Source: Candidatus Phoenicimicrobium oleiphilum (GTDB lineage Bacteria; Atribacterota; Phoenicimicrobiia; Phoenicimicrobiales; Phoenicimicrobiaceae). Taken from it: 64,000 nucleotides of DNA. A program made the translations under genes and the position numbers. This document shows positions 52,701-63,607 of this stretch, one piece after another (positions within the stretch are counted from its first letter, which is position 1; each line of letters starts with the position of its first letter). The notes beneath the pieces are model-generated. The model was not told where the DNA came from. It was given only the letters and a program-made list of their open reading frames with translations, and did not search any database. The stretch lies in contig JBDIWJ010000003.1 in the NCBI GenBank assembly GCA_039638295.1, forward strand, positions 16,289 through 80,288, written 5' to 3'.

Positions 52701-53744
52701 ATGAAAAACATGCTATCAAAAGTAGTTGTATTAGTAATAATATTAAGCTTATGTCTTTCTTTTGCAGCTTTCTCTGCAGAACCAGTTAAAGTTGGGTTGG
52801 TATTCGATATCGGCGGAAAGGGAGATAAATCATTTAATGACTCTGCCTGGCGTGGACTTGATTGGGCAGCAAAGGATTTTGGAATTAAACGTATTGCCTT
52901 AGAACCTGGAGTTGATGCTGATAGAGAAGTAAACCTTAGAAACCTGGCGATGTTAGGATATGATTTAGTAATTGGAGTAGGATTTTTATTTACTGACGCT
53001 ATTTCTTCAGTTGCTGATGAGTTCCCTGATACGAAATTTGCCATTGTCGATGGATTTATTCCTGATAAACCGAATGTAGTATCATTACTATTCAAGGAAC
53101 ATGAGGGTTCATTCTTAGTTGGTATGATTGCTGGTTTGAAAGCCAAAGAAGATGGCAAAGATATTGTTGGTTTTGTTGGAGGAATGGACATTCCCCTTAT
53201 TCATAAATTTGAAGCTGGTTATATAGCAGGAGTTAAATATGTTTATCCGGAATGTAAAATACTATCTGCCTATGCAGGGGATACTCCTGTAGCATTTGCT
53301 GACCCAGTAAAAGGTAAAGAATTAGCCTTATCCCAATATGATAATGGTGCCTGGATTATTTATCATGCCTCAGGTCTAACCGGTGCAGGAGTATTCGAAG
53401 CTGCCAAAGAAAGAAAAAGATACGTAATTGGAGTTGACTCCAATCAGAACTATCTGGGATACATTGAAGAAACTGGAGAAAGTTATGGTTTAACCAGTAT
53501 GCTAAAACAAGTAGATGTGTCAGTATATTTAGCTATAAAATCAGTAGTTGAAGGAACTTTCCAAGGTGGAATCGAAGAATTTGGTTTAGATAGAACTGTT
53601 GTCATTGGAGATACAACTTACTACGGAGTTTACTATGCTCTCGATAAATACAACGAAAATCTTTTATCTCCCGAAATAATAGCTCAAGTGGAAGAAGCAA
53701 AAGGTAAAATTATAAGCGGAGAAATTATTGTGCCCACTGAATAA
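52701..53744 (+). CDS. BMP-family ABC transporter substrate-binding protein (nucleoside-binding)
   Basis: Signal peptide, then a Bmp/PnrA-like fold (DIGGKGDKSFND...). It is the first gene of a four-gene ABC operon. Confidence 0.85.
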   Translation: MKNMLSKVVVLVIILSLCLSFAAFSAEPVKVGLVFDIGGKGDKSFNDSAWRGLDWAAKDFGIKRIALEPGVDADREVNLRNLAMLGYDLVIGVGFLFTDAISSVADEFPDTKFAIVDGFIPDKPNVVSLLFKEHEGSFLVGMIAGLKAKEDGKDIVGFVGGMDIPLIHKFEAGYIAGVKYVYPECKILSAYAGDTPVAFADPVKGKELALSQYDNGAWIIYHASGLTGAGVFEAAKERKRYVIGVDSNQNYLGYIEETGESYGLTSMLKQVDVSVYLAIKSVVEGTFQGGIEEFGLDRTVVIGDTTYYGVYYALDKYNENLLSPEIIAQVEEAKGKIISGEIIVPTE

Positions 53745-53861
53745 CTACTAAACCCTGGTAAATTTCTCTATTAATTTAGAGAGGCATCCATTATTGTAAA
53801 ATGTATGCCTCTCTATATAAAAAATCTTAGATGCAATTATTAGTTAAGGAGGAATTATTAA

Positions 53862-55400
53862 TTGCCAGAAATTGTCTTAGAAATGAGGAATATTACTAAA
53901 CAATTCCCTTTAGTTTTGGCAAATGATAGGGTCAATTTTTCTGTTTATAAAGGTGAGATACATGCTCTGGTTGGTGAAAATGGAGCTGGAAAAACAACTT
54001 TAATGAGTATCCTGTATGGACTATATCAGGCTGATTCTGGTGAGATCTTTATAAATGGGAAAAAGGTAAATATAGTTAATCCAACCACTGCCATTAATTT
54101 AAAAATTGGTATGGTTCACCAACATTTTATGCTCGTCCCTCCTTTAACTGTTACGGAAAACGTTATCCTGGGAATGGAACCTGTAAAGAATAATATTTTA
54201 ATAGATATGGAAAGTTCCACTAAAAAGGTGGAAGAATTATCTAAAAGTATGGGCTTTAAAATCGATCCTGATGCAAAAATTGAAAATATCTCTGTAGGAA
54301 TTCAACAGAGAGTAGAAATTATAAAAGTGCTTTACCGGGGGGCAGAAATTTTAGTTATGGATGAGCCCACTGCAGTATTAACTCCCCAGGAAGTAGAAGA
54401 ATTATTTGGAATACTTAAATCATTAAAAAAACAGGGAAAGACCATCATTTTTATAACCCATAAATTAAATGAAGTTATGGCTATCTCTGACCGGGTAACA
54501 GTTATGAGAAAAGGGAAAGTGGTAGGAGTAAAAAATACTAAAGATACCAATAAAGAGGAAATTGCCACTATGATGGTTGGCAGGAAGGTTATTTTTGAAA
54601 TTAAAAAACAACCTCTTAAGCTTGGTAGAACAGTTTTAAAAGTAGAAAAATTAAAAGTGCTTAACAACAAAGGATTACCAGCTGTAAAGAATATTTCTTT
54701 TGAAATAAAGGAAGGAGAAATATTAGGATTTGCTGGTATAGAAGGCAATGGGCAAACTGAATTAGTGGAAGCTATTACTGGACTTCAACCAGTAGCTGGT
54801 GGGAAAATATTTCTCTACAATGAAGATATTACTAATTATTCTCCTCGAAAAATTAGAGAAAATAAAATTGGTCATATCCCTGAGGATAGAAGGCAGAGAG
54901 GAATTGTTTTAGATTATACTGTAGCTGAAAATTTAATTTTAGGAAATCACTATCGCCCACCTTTTAGCAAAGGCTTAACCCTAAATTTTAATAATATCTA
55001 CGATTATTCTAACAATTTAATTAAAAATTTTGATATACGCCCCCCTGATAAAGATAATTTATTAAAATCTTTATCAGGAGGTAATCAGCAGAAAGTCATC
55101 GTTGCTCGAGAATTATATGGAGAACCAAAACTTTTAATTGCTGCTCAACCTACACGGGGATTAGATGTAGGATCCATAGAATTTGTACATAAGCAAATAT
55201 TAAATGAAAGAGATAAAGGAAAAGCGATTTTATTAGTATCTGCTGATTTAGAAGAGATAATGTCTTTATCTGATCGCATTGCCGTAATATACGAAGGTGA
55301 GATAGTAGATATTTTAGACCCGAAAAAAACAGACGAACAAGAGTTAGGTTTATTAATGACTGGATCTCGTAGGAATAGTAAGTTATCGCAGACCAAGTAG
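53862..55400 (+). CDS. ABC transporter ATP-binding protein with two fused NBDs
   Basis: Two Walker A motifs (GENGAGKTT; GIEGNGQTE) and LSGGNQQK signature motifs. TTG start with a TAAGGAGGA RBS. Confidence 0.9.
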   Translation: MPEIVLEMRNITKQFPLVLANDRVNFSVYKGEIHALVGENGAGKTTLMSILYGLYQADSGEIFINGKKVNIVNPTTAINLKIGMVHQHFMLVPPLTVTENVILGMEPVKNNILIDMESSTKKVEELSKSMGFKIDPDAKIENISVGIQQRVEIIKVLYRGAEILVMDEPTAVLTPQEVEELFGILKSLKKQGKTIIFITHKLNEVMAISDRVTVMRKGKVVGVKNTKDTNKEEIATMMVGRKVIFEIKKQPLKLGRTVLKVEKLKVLNNKGLPAVKNISFEIKEGEILGFAGIEGNGQTELVEAITGLQPVAGGKIFLYNEDITNYSPRKIRENKIGHIPEDRRQRGIVLDYTVAENLILGNHYRPPFSKGLTLNFNNIYDYSNNLIKNFDIRPPDKDNLLKSLSGGNQQKVIVARELYGEPKLLIAAQPTRGLDVGSIEFVHKQILNERDKGKAILLVSADLEEIMSLSDRIAVIYEGEIVDILDPKKTDEQELGLLMTGSRRNSKLSQTK

Positions 55401-55419
55401 TTTATGGAGGAAGATAAAT

Positions 55420-56544
55420 TTGAAAAGTATTAAAAAAATTGACTATTATATTCTTTTAGAAAGAATAACCCCTTTAATTGCTGTAATATTTGCTCTCTTG
55501 GTAGGTGCAATTGTTATTATATTAGTCGGAGAGAACCCTATTTATGTATATAAAGTACTTTTTGGAAATGCTATTAGCAATAGAGACGGTTGGGGGAATG
55601 TACTATTCAGAGCAACTCCCTTAATATTTACTGGTATGGCAGTTGCCTTCGCGTTCCGTTGTGGTTTGTTTAATATAGGTGGAGAAGGACAAATGTATAT
55701 AGGGACCTTCCTGGCTACCTGGGTTGGATTTACCTTTACTAATTTACCTGCTTTTATTCTTATTCCATTTTGTATTTTAGCTGCTGCCGCTGGTGGTGCT
55801 TTATGGGCAGCTGTTCCCGGAATATTAAAAGCAAAAACCGGAGTACACGAAGTTATTATTACTATTATGATGAATTGGATAGCAGCTTCTTTAAGTTTTT
55901 TTCTTGTATTAAAATATAGAGCACCAGCAACTGCAGCAATGGAAGCAGCTGGAGTAAAACAGATGATTCCTCATACTAGCGAAATAGCCCAAGCTGCTCG
56001 TTTACCAAGACTTTATACTATACTTAAATCGTTCAATATAGATTTTCCTGCTCATAACCAATTAAATATTTCTTTCTTTATTGCTATCGCTATAGCAATA
56101 TTAGCTTACTATATTTTATGGAAAACAAATTTGGGCTATGAAATAAGGGCAGTTGGTTATAACCCTTTAGCTGCTGAATATGGAGGAATTAATGTTGCTA
56201 AAAATATAGTATTGGCTATGGTAATTAGTGGGGCTTTTGCGGGCTTAGTAGCCACTAATGAAGTAATGGGGTTTAAATATCGCTGGAGGCAGGAACTTTT
56301 CACTGGATTAGGTTTTAATGGAATTGCGGTAGCACTTTTAGGTAAAAACCACCCCTTTGGAGTAGTTCTCGCTGCCATTTTATTCGGCATTTTAAATTAT
56401 GGAGGTGCAATAGTAAATATTTTTACCGAAGGTAGAATACCTCGGGAAATTATTATGGTATTACAAGCAGTTATAGTAATTTTTGTAGTAATCAGCGATG
56501 AAGTAGTAAAAAGATTAATCAGGAAAAGGAGGAAATTGACGTAA
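55420..56544 (+). CDS. ABC transporter permease
   Basis: 374 aa polytopic membrane protein. TTG start with a GGAGGAAG RBS. Confidence 0.85.
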   Translation: MKSIKKIDYYILLERITPLIAVIFALLVGAIVIILVGENPIYVYKVLFGNAISNRDGWGNVLFRATPLIFTGMAVAFAFRCGLFNIGGEGQMYIGTFLATWVGFTFTNLPAFILIPFCILAAAAGGALWAAVPGILKAKTGVHEVIITIMMNWIAASLSFFLVLKYRAPATAAMEAAGVKQMIPHTSEIAQAARLPRLYTILKSFNIDFPAHNQLNISFFIAIAIAILAYYILWKTNLGYEIRAVGYNPLAAEYGGINVAKNIVLAMVISGAFAGLVATNEVMGFKYRWRQELFTGLGFNGIAVALLGKNHPFGVVLAAILFGILNYGGAIVNIFTEGRIPREIIMVLQAVIVIFVVISDEVVKRLIRKRRKLT

Positions 56545-57488
56545 TGTTTGGCGAAATATTTAATGCAGAATTTATTGCTTCATCTATTAGAGTAGCTATT
56601 CCTTTAGCCTTAGCAGGTTTAGGCGGAACTTTCTCAGAAAAGTCAGGAGTAGTTAATATTGGATTAGAAGGTATGATGTTAACCGGTGCTTTTACTGCTA
56701 TTGCTATAACCAATTATACTCAAAACCCCTGGGTAGGAGTTTTAGCAGCAATCTTTGTCGGTATTTTATTGGGGTTAATACATGCTATTACCTGCATCAC
56801 ATTTAAAGCAAACCAAATAGTTAGTGGTGTAGCTATTAATTTATTCGCTAGTGGAATAACTATATTCTTTTGTTGGCTTTTGTTTGATGAGACCCAAATT
56901 ATGGCTAAAAGCAGTTTACCAATTTGGGGATTGACTGTTCCAAATATAGGAGAAGGTTCAACATTTGTAAGAAGTATTATAATAATATTTGCTCATCATT
57001 CTCCCTTAGTGTACTTAACTATATTAATTTTCATATTATCGCATTTAATTATATTTAAAACTCCTTTTGGATTAAGATTGAGGTCAGTAGGAGAATACCC
57101 TCAAGCTGCTGATACCATGGGAGTTAATATTATTAAGATGCGATATATCGCAGTTTTAATTTCTGGAGCCCTTGCTGGATTAGCAGGCTCATTTTTATCC
57201 TTAGAACAGGCTCATTTTTTTGTGAAAGAAATAAGCGGAGGAAGAGGTTTTATTGCCTTAGCAGCAATGATTTTTGGAAAATGGACTCCTTTAGGAACCG
57301 CTGGAGCTGCCTTACTTTTTGGATTTGGAGAGGCTTTAGCTATGAGATTACAGGGTGTTCTTGCTATACCAGTACAATTTATCCATATGGTTCCCTACTT
57401 ACTGGCAATTTTCGTATTAGTAAGTGCCATTGGAAGAGCTGTTCCTCCCGCCGCAGATGGAATTCCTTATGAAAAAGAGGTAGGATAA
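56544..57488 (+). CDS. ABC transporter permease
   Basis: 314 aa membrane protein. Its ATG overlaps the upstream stop as TAATG. Confidence 0.85.
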   Translation: MFGEIFNAEFIASSIRVAIPLALAGLGGTFSEKSGVVNIGLEGMMLTGAFTAIAITNYTQNPWVGVLAAIFVGILLGLIHAITCITFKANQIVSGVAINLFASGITIFFCWLLFDETQIMAKSSLPIWGLTVPNIGEGSTFVRSIIIIFAHHSPLVYLTILIFILSHLIIFKTPFGLRLRSVGEYPQAADTMGVNIIKMRYIAVLISGALAGLAGSFLSLEQAHFFVKEISGGRGFIALAAMIFGKWTPLGTAGAALLFGFGEALAMRLQGVLAIPVQFIHMVPYLLAIFVLVSAIGRAVPPAADGIPYEKEVG

Positions 57489-57584
57489 TAAGAAAAAAAT
57501 AATACGAATAACTCGACTAAGAAATGTTTTAGGTATATAATATAAAAAAAATATCAATTTCCAAAAGGAGAAGAATTTAATTAA

Positions 57585-58406
57585 ATGAAAGATATTGGAA
57601 ATTTTTTAAAAGGGAAAAGAGAAGCGAAGGGCATTTCTCTAAACGAAGTAGAGAAAGACCTAAAAATACGTAAAAGATATTTACAAGCTCTGGAAGACGG
57701 TAATGTTAATATAATCCCAGGAAAAGCTTACATTGTAGGATATTTAAGAAATTACAGCAAATACCTGGGTATAGATGAAGAAGATATAAATAGCATTATT
57801 CAAACTTATAAGGATATAGAAAAACAGAAAGGTGTTTTACAAGACATTAAAGAAGAAAATGTTTTTCTAAAAAAGAAAGATAGATCTATACTGTTTGATA
57901 AAAAAAGAGTTTTCTTTCCTTATAAATATATTTATTTGGTTAGTTTTATTTTAATAATCTTTGTTGGATTATTATGGATAAATCATTCTTTAAAAGAAGC
58001 TCAAAATATCCCTGTTCCTTCTCCAGAAATAGAGACCGAAGCTGATTTAAACGTTATGGAAAGTACAAATGAAACATCTACTTTAACCGAGGAAGTTAGT
58101 GAAACTTCAATTGAAGAATCAATCGAAGAAACTTTGTTAACGGAGGATATTATAATTGATAAAACACCTACATTAAGAATAATAGCCAGTAATAATACCT
58201 GGGTAAAAATTCTTCATAATGATGAAATAGTATTTGAAAGAATATTATTTAAGGGGGAAGAAATTTGCTGGCAAAGCAAACAATCTTTAAATCTTATTAC
58301 CGAATATCCAGCACAAATCGAAGCATATTATAATGAGGAAGAAGTTGAAATAAATAAAGGAATTACTAAAAATAACATTTTAAAATACAGTTTTACTCCT
58401 ATGTAA
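57585..58406 (+). CDS. RodZ-like cytoskeleton protein (XRE-HTH + TM + DUF4115)
   Basis: An N-terminal HTH (ISLNEVEKDLKIRKRYLQALEDGN) is followed by a single TM helix and an acidic linker. Confidence 0.7.
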   Translation: MKDIGNFLKGKREAKGISLNEVEKDLKIRKRYLQALEDGNVNIIPGKAYIVGYLRNYSKYLGIDEEDINSIIQTYKDIEKQKGVLQDIKEENVFLKKKDRSILFDKKRVFFPYKYIYLVSFILIIFVGLLWINHSLKEAQNIPVPSPEIETEADLNVMESTNETSTLTEEVSETSIEESIEETLLTEDIIIDKTPTLRIIASNNTWVKILHNDEIVFERILFKGEEICWQSKQSLNLITEYPAQIEAYYNEEEVEINKGITKNNILKYSFTPM

Positions 58407-58442
58407 ATAGTTTTAAAATATTAAGGAACATAAATTAAAATT

Positions 58443-59018
58443 GTGGGAAAGGTATATTTTCCAAAACCAGTTAAGCTTATAATAAGTATGATTAGCTCAG
58501 ATGAGCATCTGTTTAATTATTATAAGGAAATATTGATAAAAAGATTTGGTCCAGTAGACCTCGAAAGCAATATTCAACCATTCGATTTTACCAATTATTA
58601 TGAAAAAGAATTTGGCGAAGGTCTAATTCAAAAATTGTTTTCTTTAGAATCTTTAATCAAAATAGAAAAACTTCCCGAAATAAAAAAAATAACTAATGAC
58701 ATAGAAAACAATCTTATTAAAAAGAAGGATATCACCAAAGATATTTCTTCTTCTAAAAGAAAGATAAATCTTGATCCGGGTTATATTTCTCTGGATAAGT
58801 TTATTCTGGCAAGTACTAAAAATGGACCATCAAGAATTTATTTAAACAATGGAATATATGCTGAGATCACTCTCAGATTTATTAATAAATCATTTGTTCC
58901 TTGTGAATATACTTATCCCAATTATAAAACAGAAGAATATATAAATTTTTTAAATAAAGTCAGGCAAAAATATAAATTACAATTGAGAAAATATTCGAAT
59001 AAAAATAGTATTCTTTAA
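58443..59018 (+). CDS. conserved hypothetical protein (possibly DUF4416 family)
   Basis: 191 aa ORF with a GTG start. No motif I can assign with confidence. Confidence 0.5.
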   Translation: MGKVYFPKPVKLIISMISSDEHLFNYYKEILIKRFGPVDLESNIQPFDFTNYYEKEFGEGLIQKLFSLESLIKIEKLPEIKKITNDIENNLIKKKDITKDISSSKRKINLDPGYISLDKFILASTKNGPSRIYLNNGIYAEITLRFINKSFVPCEYTYPNYKTEEYINFLNKVRQKYKLQLRKYSNKNSIL

Positions 59019-59181
59019 TTTTCCAAAAGGTAAATAATGATTTGTATATCAGGTAGCGTTTAGCATATAGAGAATACAGTAATTAGTAATGTGTAATAAG
59101 TAATAAGTAGAGATAAAGTATAGTAAAATAGCGAAAAACGAAAAACCATAATTTAAAATTCAAAACTTTTTGTACTTTTCT

Positions 59182-59264
59182 GTCATTGCGAGCGACCACA
59201 GGGAGCGTGGCAATCTCTTTATGATATTGAGATTGCTTCGTCGCTGAAGCTCCTCGCAATGACA
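59182..59264. repeat. inverted pair of 35-nt cattgcgag units
   Basis: gtcattgcgagcgaccacagggagcgtggcaatctc at 59182-59217. Its inverted partner (reverse complement gtcattgcgaggagcttcagcgacgaagcaatctc) is at 59229-59264. The two are separated by tttatgatatt. Confidence 0.85.
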
Positions 59265-59341
59265 AGAATGTATTATTTTTTTAAAGAAATTCTTATACAT
59301 TTAAATTAGAAATAAAACAATAGGGAGTTAATTATAAAAAT

Positions 59342-59911
59342 TTGGAAAAGATAAGGGCTTTTATTGCCATCAACTTAAGTTCAGATATAAGAGAGTATTT
59401 ATCTTCTCTTAAAAATAATTTTAAAATTGGTAATTCTAAAATAAAGTGGGTTGAAGAAAATAATTTACATATTACTTTAAAATTTTTAGGTTATATCTTA
59501 CCACAACAATTAGAATTGATAGATTTGGGATTAAAAAAAATAACCAATCAGTACCCCCCTTTTTCTATAAAATTATCGTCAGACATAGGGATATTTCCTC
59601 CTTATAAAATACCTCGAATAATATGGGTAGGTATTAAAGAAGGCACACGAGAATTAACAGAACTTTATAACTCAATTGAAGAAACCTTGTATAAAAATGG
59701 TTTCCCTAAAGAAAATAAAAGATTTTCTGGTCATATTACTATTGGAAGAATAAAATATATAAAAGACAAAGATAGTTTAATTAATTCTTTAAAACAGATA
59801 CGCATAGAACGTTTTTCCCAAAAGGTAGAAAGTGTGGAACTTATGGAAAGTGAATTAACCCCGAAGGGGCCTGTATATCACGTTTTTCATAAGTATCTAT
59901 TATTAAAATAA
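59342..59911 (+). CDS. thpR: RNA 2',3'-cyclic phosphodiesterase (2H family; ThpR/LigT)
   Basis: Two H-x-T-x motifs (HITLKFLG, HITIGRI). TTG start. Confidence 0.85.
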   Translation: MEKIRAFIAINLSSDIREYLSSLKNNFKIGNSKIKWVEENNLHITLKFLGYILPQQLELIDLGLKKITNQYPPFSIKLSSDIGIFPPYKIPRIIWVGIKEGTRELTELYNSIEETLYKNGFPKENKRFSGHITIGRIKYIKDKDSLINSLKQIRIERFSQKVESVELMESELTPKGPVYHVFHKYLLLK

Positions 59912-59936
59912 TAAATATCTTTAAAGGAGCAGAGAA

Positions 59937-60980
59937 ATGACTGAAAAGGATCAACAAAATAATCCAGAAAAAGAAAAAGCATTAAAAATAGCTATGCAAA
60001 ATATCGAACAAAGATTTGGAAAAGGTTCGATAATGAAACTGGGAGACAAGCCCATAATCTTAGATAGTAACTGTATATCTACAGGTTCATTAGGATTAGA
60101 TATTGCTCTTGGGATAGGAGGTGTACCTCGGGGGAGAGTAATAGAAATATTTGGACCTGAATCATCAGGGAAAACAACACTTGCTTTACACATTATAGCT
60201 GAAGCCCAAAAAAACAATGGAATTGCTGCGTTTATTGATGCTGAACATGCTTTAGATCCAAACTATGCCAAGAGTATCGGCGTAAATATTGATGAATTAA
60301 TTATATCCCAACCCGATACTGGTGAACAAGCGTTAGAGATTGCTGAATCCCTGGTAAGAAGTAACGCTGTCGATGTTATAGTAATAGATTCAGTTGCAGC
60401 TCTTGTACCCAAAGCAGAAATTGAAGGCGATATGGGAGATTCATATATGGGATTACAAGCAAGGTTAATGTCTCAAGCCCTTAGAAAGTTAACTGCTATT
60501 ATAAGTAAATCAAGAACCACTACTATATTTGTAAACCAGATTAGAGAAAAAATTGGTATTTTTTTTGGTAATCCTGAGACAACTCCTGGAGGCAGAGCAC
60601 TTAAATTTTATTCAACAATCAGAATGGATATTAGAAGAAAAGCATCCATTAAAAAAGATGAAAATGATATTGGAATAAATGTGAAAGTAAAGGTAGTAAA
60701 AAACAAGTTAGCTCCACCTTTTAAAGAAGCTAACTTTGATATTATTTTTGGTACAGGGATATCAAAAGAAGGGGATATTATAGATCTTGGTTTAAAATAC
60801 GGTATATTACAAAAATCAGGAGTATGGATATCTTATAATGATATAAAATTTGGTCAAGGTCGGGAAAATTGTAAAAAATATTTACAAGAACACTCAGAAG
60901 TTGCAAAAGAAATAGAAAATAAAATACTTTCTATCGTTGGCCTCAATAAAAAAACAAACAAAGAGGTTGCTAAAAAATAA
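59937..60980 (+). CDS. recA: recombinase RecA
   Basis: 347 aa with Walker [10 protein letters not shown] and L1/L2 loops. Confidence 0.97.
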   Translation: MTEKDQQNNPEKEKALKIAMQNIEQRFGKGSIMKLGDKPIILDSNCISTGSLGLDIALGIGGVPRGRVIEIFGPESSGKTTLALHIIAEAQKNNGIAAFIDAEHALDPNYAKSIGVNIDELIISQPDTGEQALEIAESLVRSNAVDVIVIDSVAALVPKAEIEGDMGDSYMGLQARLMSQALRKLTAIISKSRTTTIFVNQIREKIGIFFGNPETTPGGRALKFYSTIRMDIRRKASIKKDENDIGINVKVKVVKNKLAPPFKEANFDIIFGTGISKEGDIIDLGLKYGILQKSGVWISYNDIKFGQGRENCKKYLQEHSEVAKEIENKILSIVGLNKKTNKEVAKK

Positions 60981-61069
60981 AGAAAATAACTTCTATTGAA
61001 TATAATAAAAAAGTTCCTTCTCAAAGAGTAGTCTATATAGATAATAAATCAAAATATAATATTGATGAA

Positions 61070-61612
61070 GTGACTATCGACTTGTTAGATCTTTATATTG
61101 GTAAAGAATTAACCGATAAAGAGATCAGTAAAATTATTTTGGAAGATGAAACAGAAAAAGGAAAAAAATATGTTTTAAGACTACTAAACCGTAGATGTTA
61201 TAGTAAATATGAAATCATCAACAAATTAAAAATAAAAGGTTTTTCTAAAAATGTTATTCCTGTTATTATTTCTTGGTTAGAAAAGAAAGAATATATTGAT
61301 GATGAATTGTTTGCTACTATGTGGGCTCAGTCCAGGATGAAAAATAAACCTATAGGAAGATATAGATTAAATCAGGAATTAAAAATAAAAGGAATTGACC
61401 AAGAGATTATTAATAAAATATTAGATAAAATTTATAATGATGTAGACGAGTTAACTTTAGCGCGAAATCTTATTAATAAAAAAATTACTTCATCAAAGCT
61501 AAAAAATATATCTGTAAATCCTGATAGAATATATAATTTTTTATTAAGAAGAGGGTTCTCAAGAGAAATATCTAAAAAAATCTACGATGAACTAAACAAT
61601 GAAAATGTATAG
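61070..61612 (+). CDS. recX: recombination regulator RecX
   Basis: 180 aa triple-helical repeat protein downstream of recA. GTG start. Confidence 0.8.
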   Translation: MTIDLLDLYIGKELTDKEISKIILEDETEKGKKYVLRLLNRRCYSKYEIINKLKIKGFSKNVIPVIISWLEKKEYIDDELFATMWAQSRMKNKPIGRYRLNQELKIKGIDQEIINKILDKIYNDVDELTLARNLINKKITSSKLKNISVNPDRIYNFLLRRGFSREISKKIYDELNNENV

Positions 61613-61748
61613 TGTAAAGTGTAATAAGTAACGTGTAATAAATAACTGTTTTTATAATTTTAAGTTTAATCTCATAACTTATTACCTATTACTTGTTACT
61701 GTATTTTATACGAGACACGATTCACGAAATACGAATTTAGTTATTTGA
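61611..61748. repeat. heptamer-tiled inverted-repeat element
   Basis: The arm gtgtaaagtgtaataagtaacgtgtaataaataac faces cttattacctattacttgttac. This is followed by cgagaca cgattca cgaaata cgaattt heptamers. Confidence 0.8.
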
Positions 61749-61773
61749 CTTTTTAAATTATAAAGGTTAAAAT
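61745..61773 (+). promoter_or_regulatory. putative sigma-70 promoter of rny
   Basis: TTGACT, a 17-nt spacer, then TAAAAT. Confidence 0.5.
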
Positions 61774-61931
61774 ATTTTAAGTAATTTTTTCTAAATTTTT
61801 TATAATCTCATACACTAAAAACGGTTTCTTAATTAGATAAAAATAGTTCTTGCATATAAAGATTATAAAGTATAAAAATAAATTACATAACCTATGTACC
61901 TTGTAAATTGAATAATAGGAGGTGAAACAAC

Positions 61932-63464
61932 ATTAAAATTTACTACATTTTTATTTTAAACACTTTAATTGGTATAATAATAGGCTATCTCTTGTATAAA
62001 TATATCGCTAAAACAAAAATATCCTCAGCAGAAACATATTATAAAAATATTATAGAAAATGCAAAAAGGGAAGCCGATTCAATTAAAAAAGAATCTATTT
62101 TACAGGCAAGAGAAGAATCTTATAAAATAAAAAGAGATGCCGAAATTTCAATTAGAGAAAAAAATAATGAGCTACAAAAACTTGAAGACCAGTTATTAAA
62201 AAAGAGCAATAATTTAGTCCAAAAGATGGATGCTCTTGAAAAAAAAGAAAGATCATTAAACTATAAAGAACAAGAATTAGAAAATGACATACAAAAAGTC
62301 AAAAATATATACCAGGAACAAAGAAATAAATTAATAAAAATTTCTAGAATGAGTGTTGAGGAGGCAAAGAAAGAACTCCTCAATAATTTAGAAAAAGAAC
62401 TTACTCATGAAACCGGGAAGATAATAAAAGAGATTGAAGAGCAGGCTTATGCAGAAGCAGATAAAAAATCCAGAAATGTAATATCATTAGCAATTCAAAG
62501 ATATGCTGCGGACCATACCGTAGAAACCACAACATCATTTGTACCATTACCTAATGAAGATATGAAGGGTAGGATAATTGGGAGAGAAGGTAGAAATATC
62601 AGGACTTTCGAGATGTTAACCGGAGTTGATTTAATTGTTGATGATACCCCAGAGGCAGTAATTATTTCTGGATTTGATCCTATACGAAGAGAAATTGCCA
62701 AAATTGCTTTAGAAAAATTAATCACTGATGGACGTATTCAACCTGCCAGGATTGAGGAAGTAATAGAAAAATCTAAAGCAATTGTTAACAGTAAAATTCA
62801 AGAAGAAGGGGAACAGGTAATTTTTGACCTAAATATTAAAAATATTAGTTCAAAATTAATTCACCTGTTGGGTAAATTGAAATATCGTACGAGTTATGGT
62901 CAAAATGTCTTGCAACATTCTAAAGAAGTAGCTTATCTTTCTGAGATTATGGCTTCTGAATTAGGTGTAAACGCCCAATTAGCTAAAAGAGCAGGACTTC
63001 TTCATGATATAGGAAAGGCTGTAGATCATGAAATAGAAGGGCCTCACGCTATAATAGGTTCTGAAATAGCTAAGAAAAATGAGGAAAGTTTCGAGGTGAT
63101 TAATGCTATTGCTGCTCATCATGGAGAGATTGAACCAAAAACTATTGAGGCTATTTTAGTTCAATCTGCTGACGCAATATCTGCTTCACGTCCTGGTGCT
63201 CGACGTGAAATGTTGGAAACTTATGTAAAGAGATTAGAAAAATTAGAAGAAATTGCCAATTCTTTTGAAGGAGTTGAAAAAGCATTTGCTATACAGGCAG
63301 GTAGAGAGATAAGAATAATCGTTAATCCAGAAGAAATAGACGATTATGTAGCTAAAAAGTTAGCGAGAGATATTTCAAAAAAAGTAGAAAAAAATATAGA
63401 TTATCCTGGCCAAATTAAAGTGATAATTATCAGAGAAGTTCGTGCTGTAGAATATGCAAAATAA
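61932..63464 (+). CDS. rny: ribonuclease Y
   Basis: KH and HD domains. The ORF-track TTG at 61992 would delete the conserved N-terminal TM anchor ([19 protein letters not shown]) that is encoded in frame upstream. The only RBS (TAGGAGGTGA at 61915-61924) is positioned for ATT 61932. Confidence 0.85.
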   Translation: MKIYYIFILNTLIGIIIGYLLYKYIAKTKISSAETYYKNIIENAKREADSIKKESILQAREESYKIKRDAEISIREKNNELQKLEDQLLKKSNNLVQKMDALEKKERSLNYKEQELENDIQKVKNIYQEQRNKLIKISRMSVEEAKKELLNNLEKELTHETGKIIKEIEEQAYAEADKKSRNVISLAIQRYAADHTVETTTSFVPLPNEDMKGRIIGREGRNIRTFEMLTGVDLIVDDTPEAVIISGFDPIRREIAKIALEKLITDGRIQPARIEEVIEKSKAIVNSKIQEEGEQVIFDLNIKNISSKLIHLLGKLKYRTSYGQNVLQHSKEVAYLSEIMASELGVNAQLAKRAGLLHDIGKAVDHEIEGPHAIIGSEIAKKNEESFEVINAIAAHHGEIEPKTIEAILVQSADAISASRPGARREMLETYVKRLEKLEEIANSFEGVEKAFAIQAGREIRIIVNPEEIDDYVAKKLARDISKKVEKNIDYPGQIKVIIIREVRAVEYAK

Positions 63465-63483
63465 ATAAATAAAATAAGATACA

Positions 63484-63524
63484 AATAGGGAGGTAATTTT
63501 TATAAATAAATTACCTCCCTATTT
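63484..63524 (+). terminator. intrinsic terminator after rny
   Basis: Hairpin aaatagggaggtaat/attacctccctattt with an AT-rich tail. Confidence 0.7.
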
Positions 63525-63607
63525 AATATATATATTTATGTAATTTTGAAGCTGTAAAAAAGTCTTATTTCTACTCATATCCCCGGATAAAATATTCATA
63601 TTTTTAA

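Noticed and set aside
57281-57472. 63-aa Cys/Trp-rich ORF inside the second ABC permease
   Set aside because: It is an alternate-frame ORF within a well-supported membrane protein gene and has no RBS.
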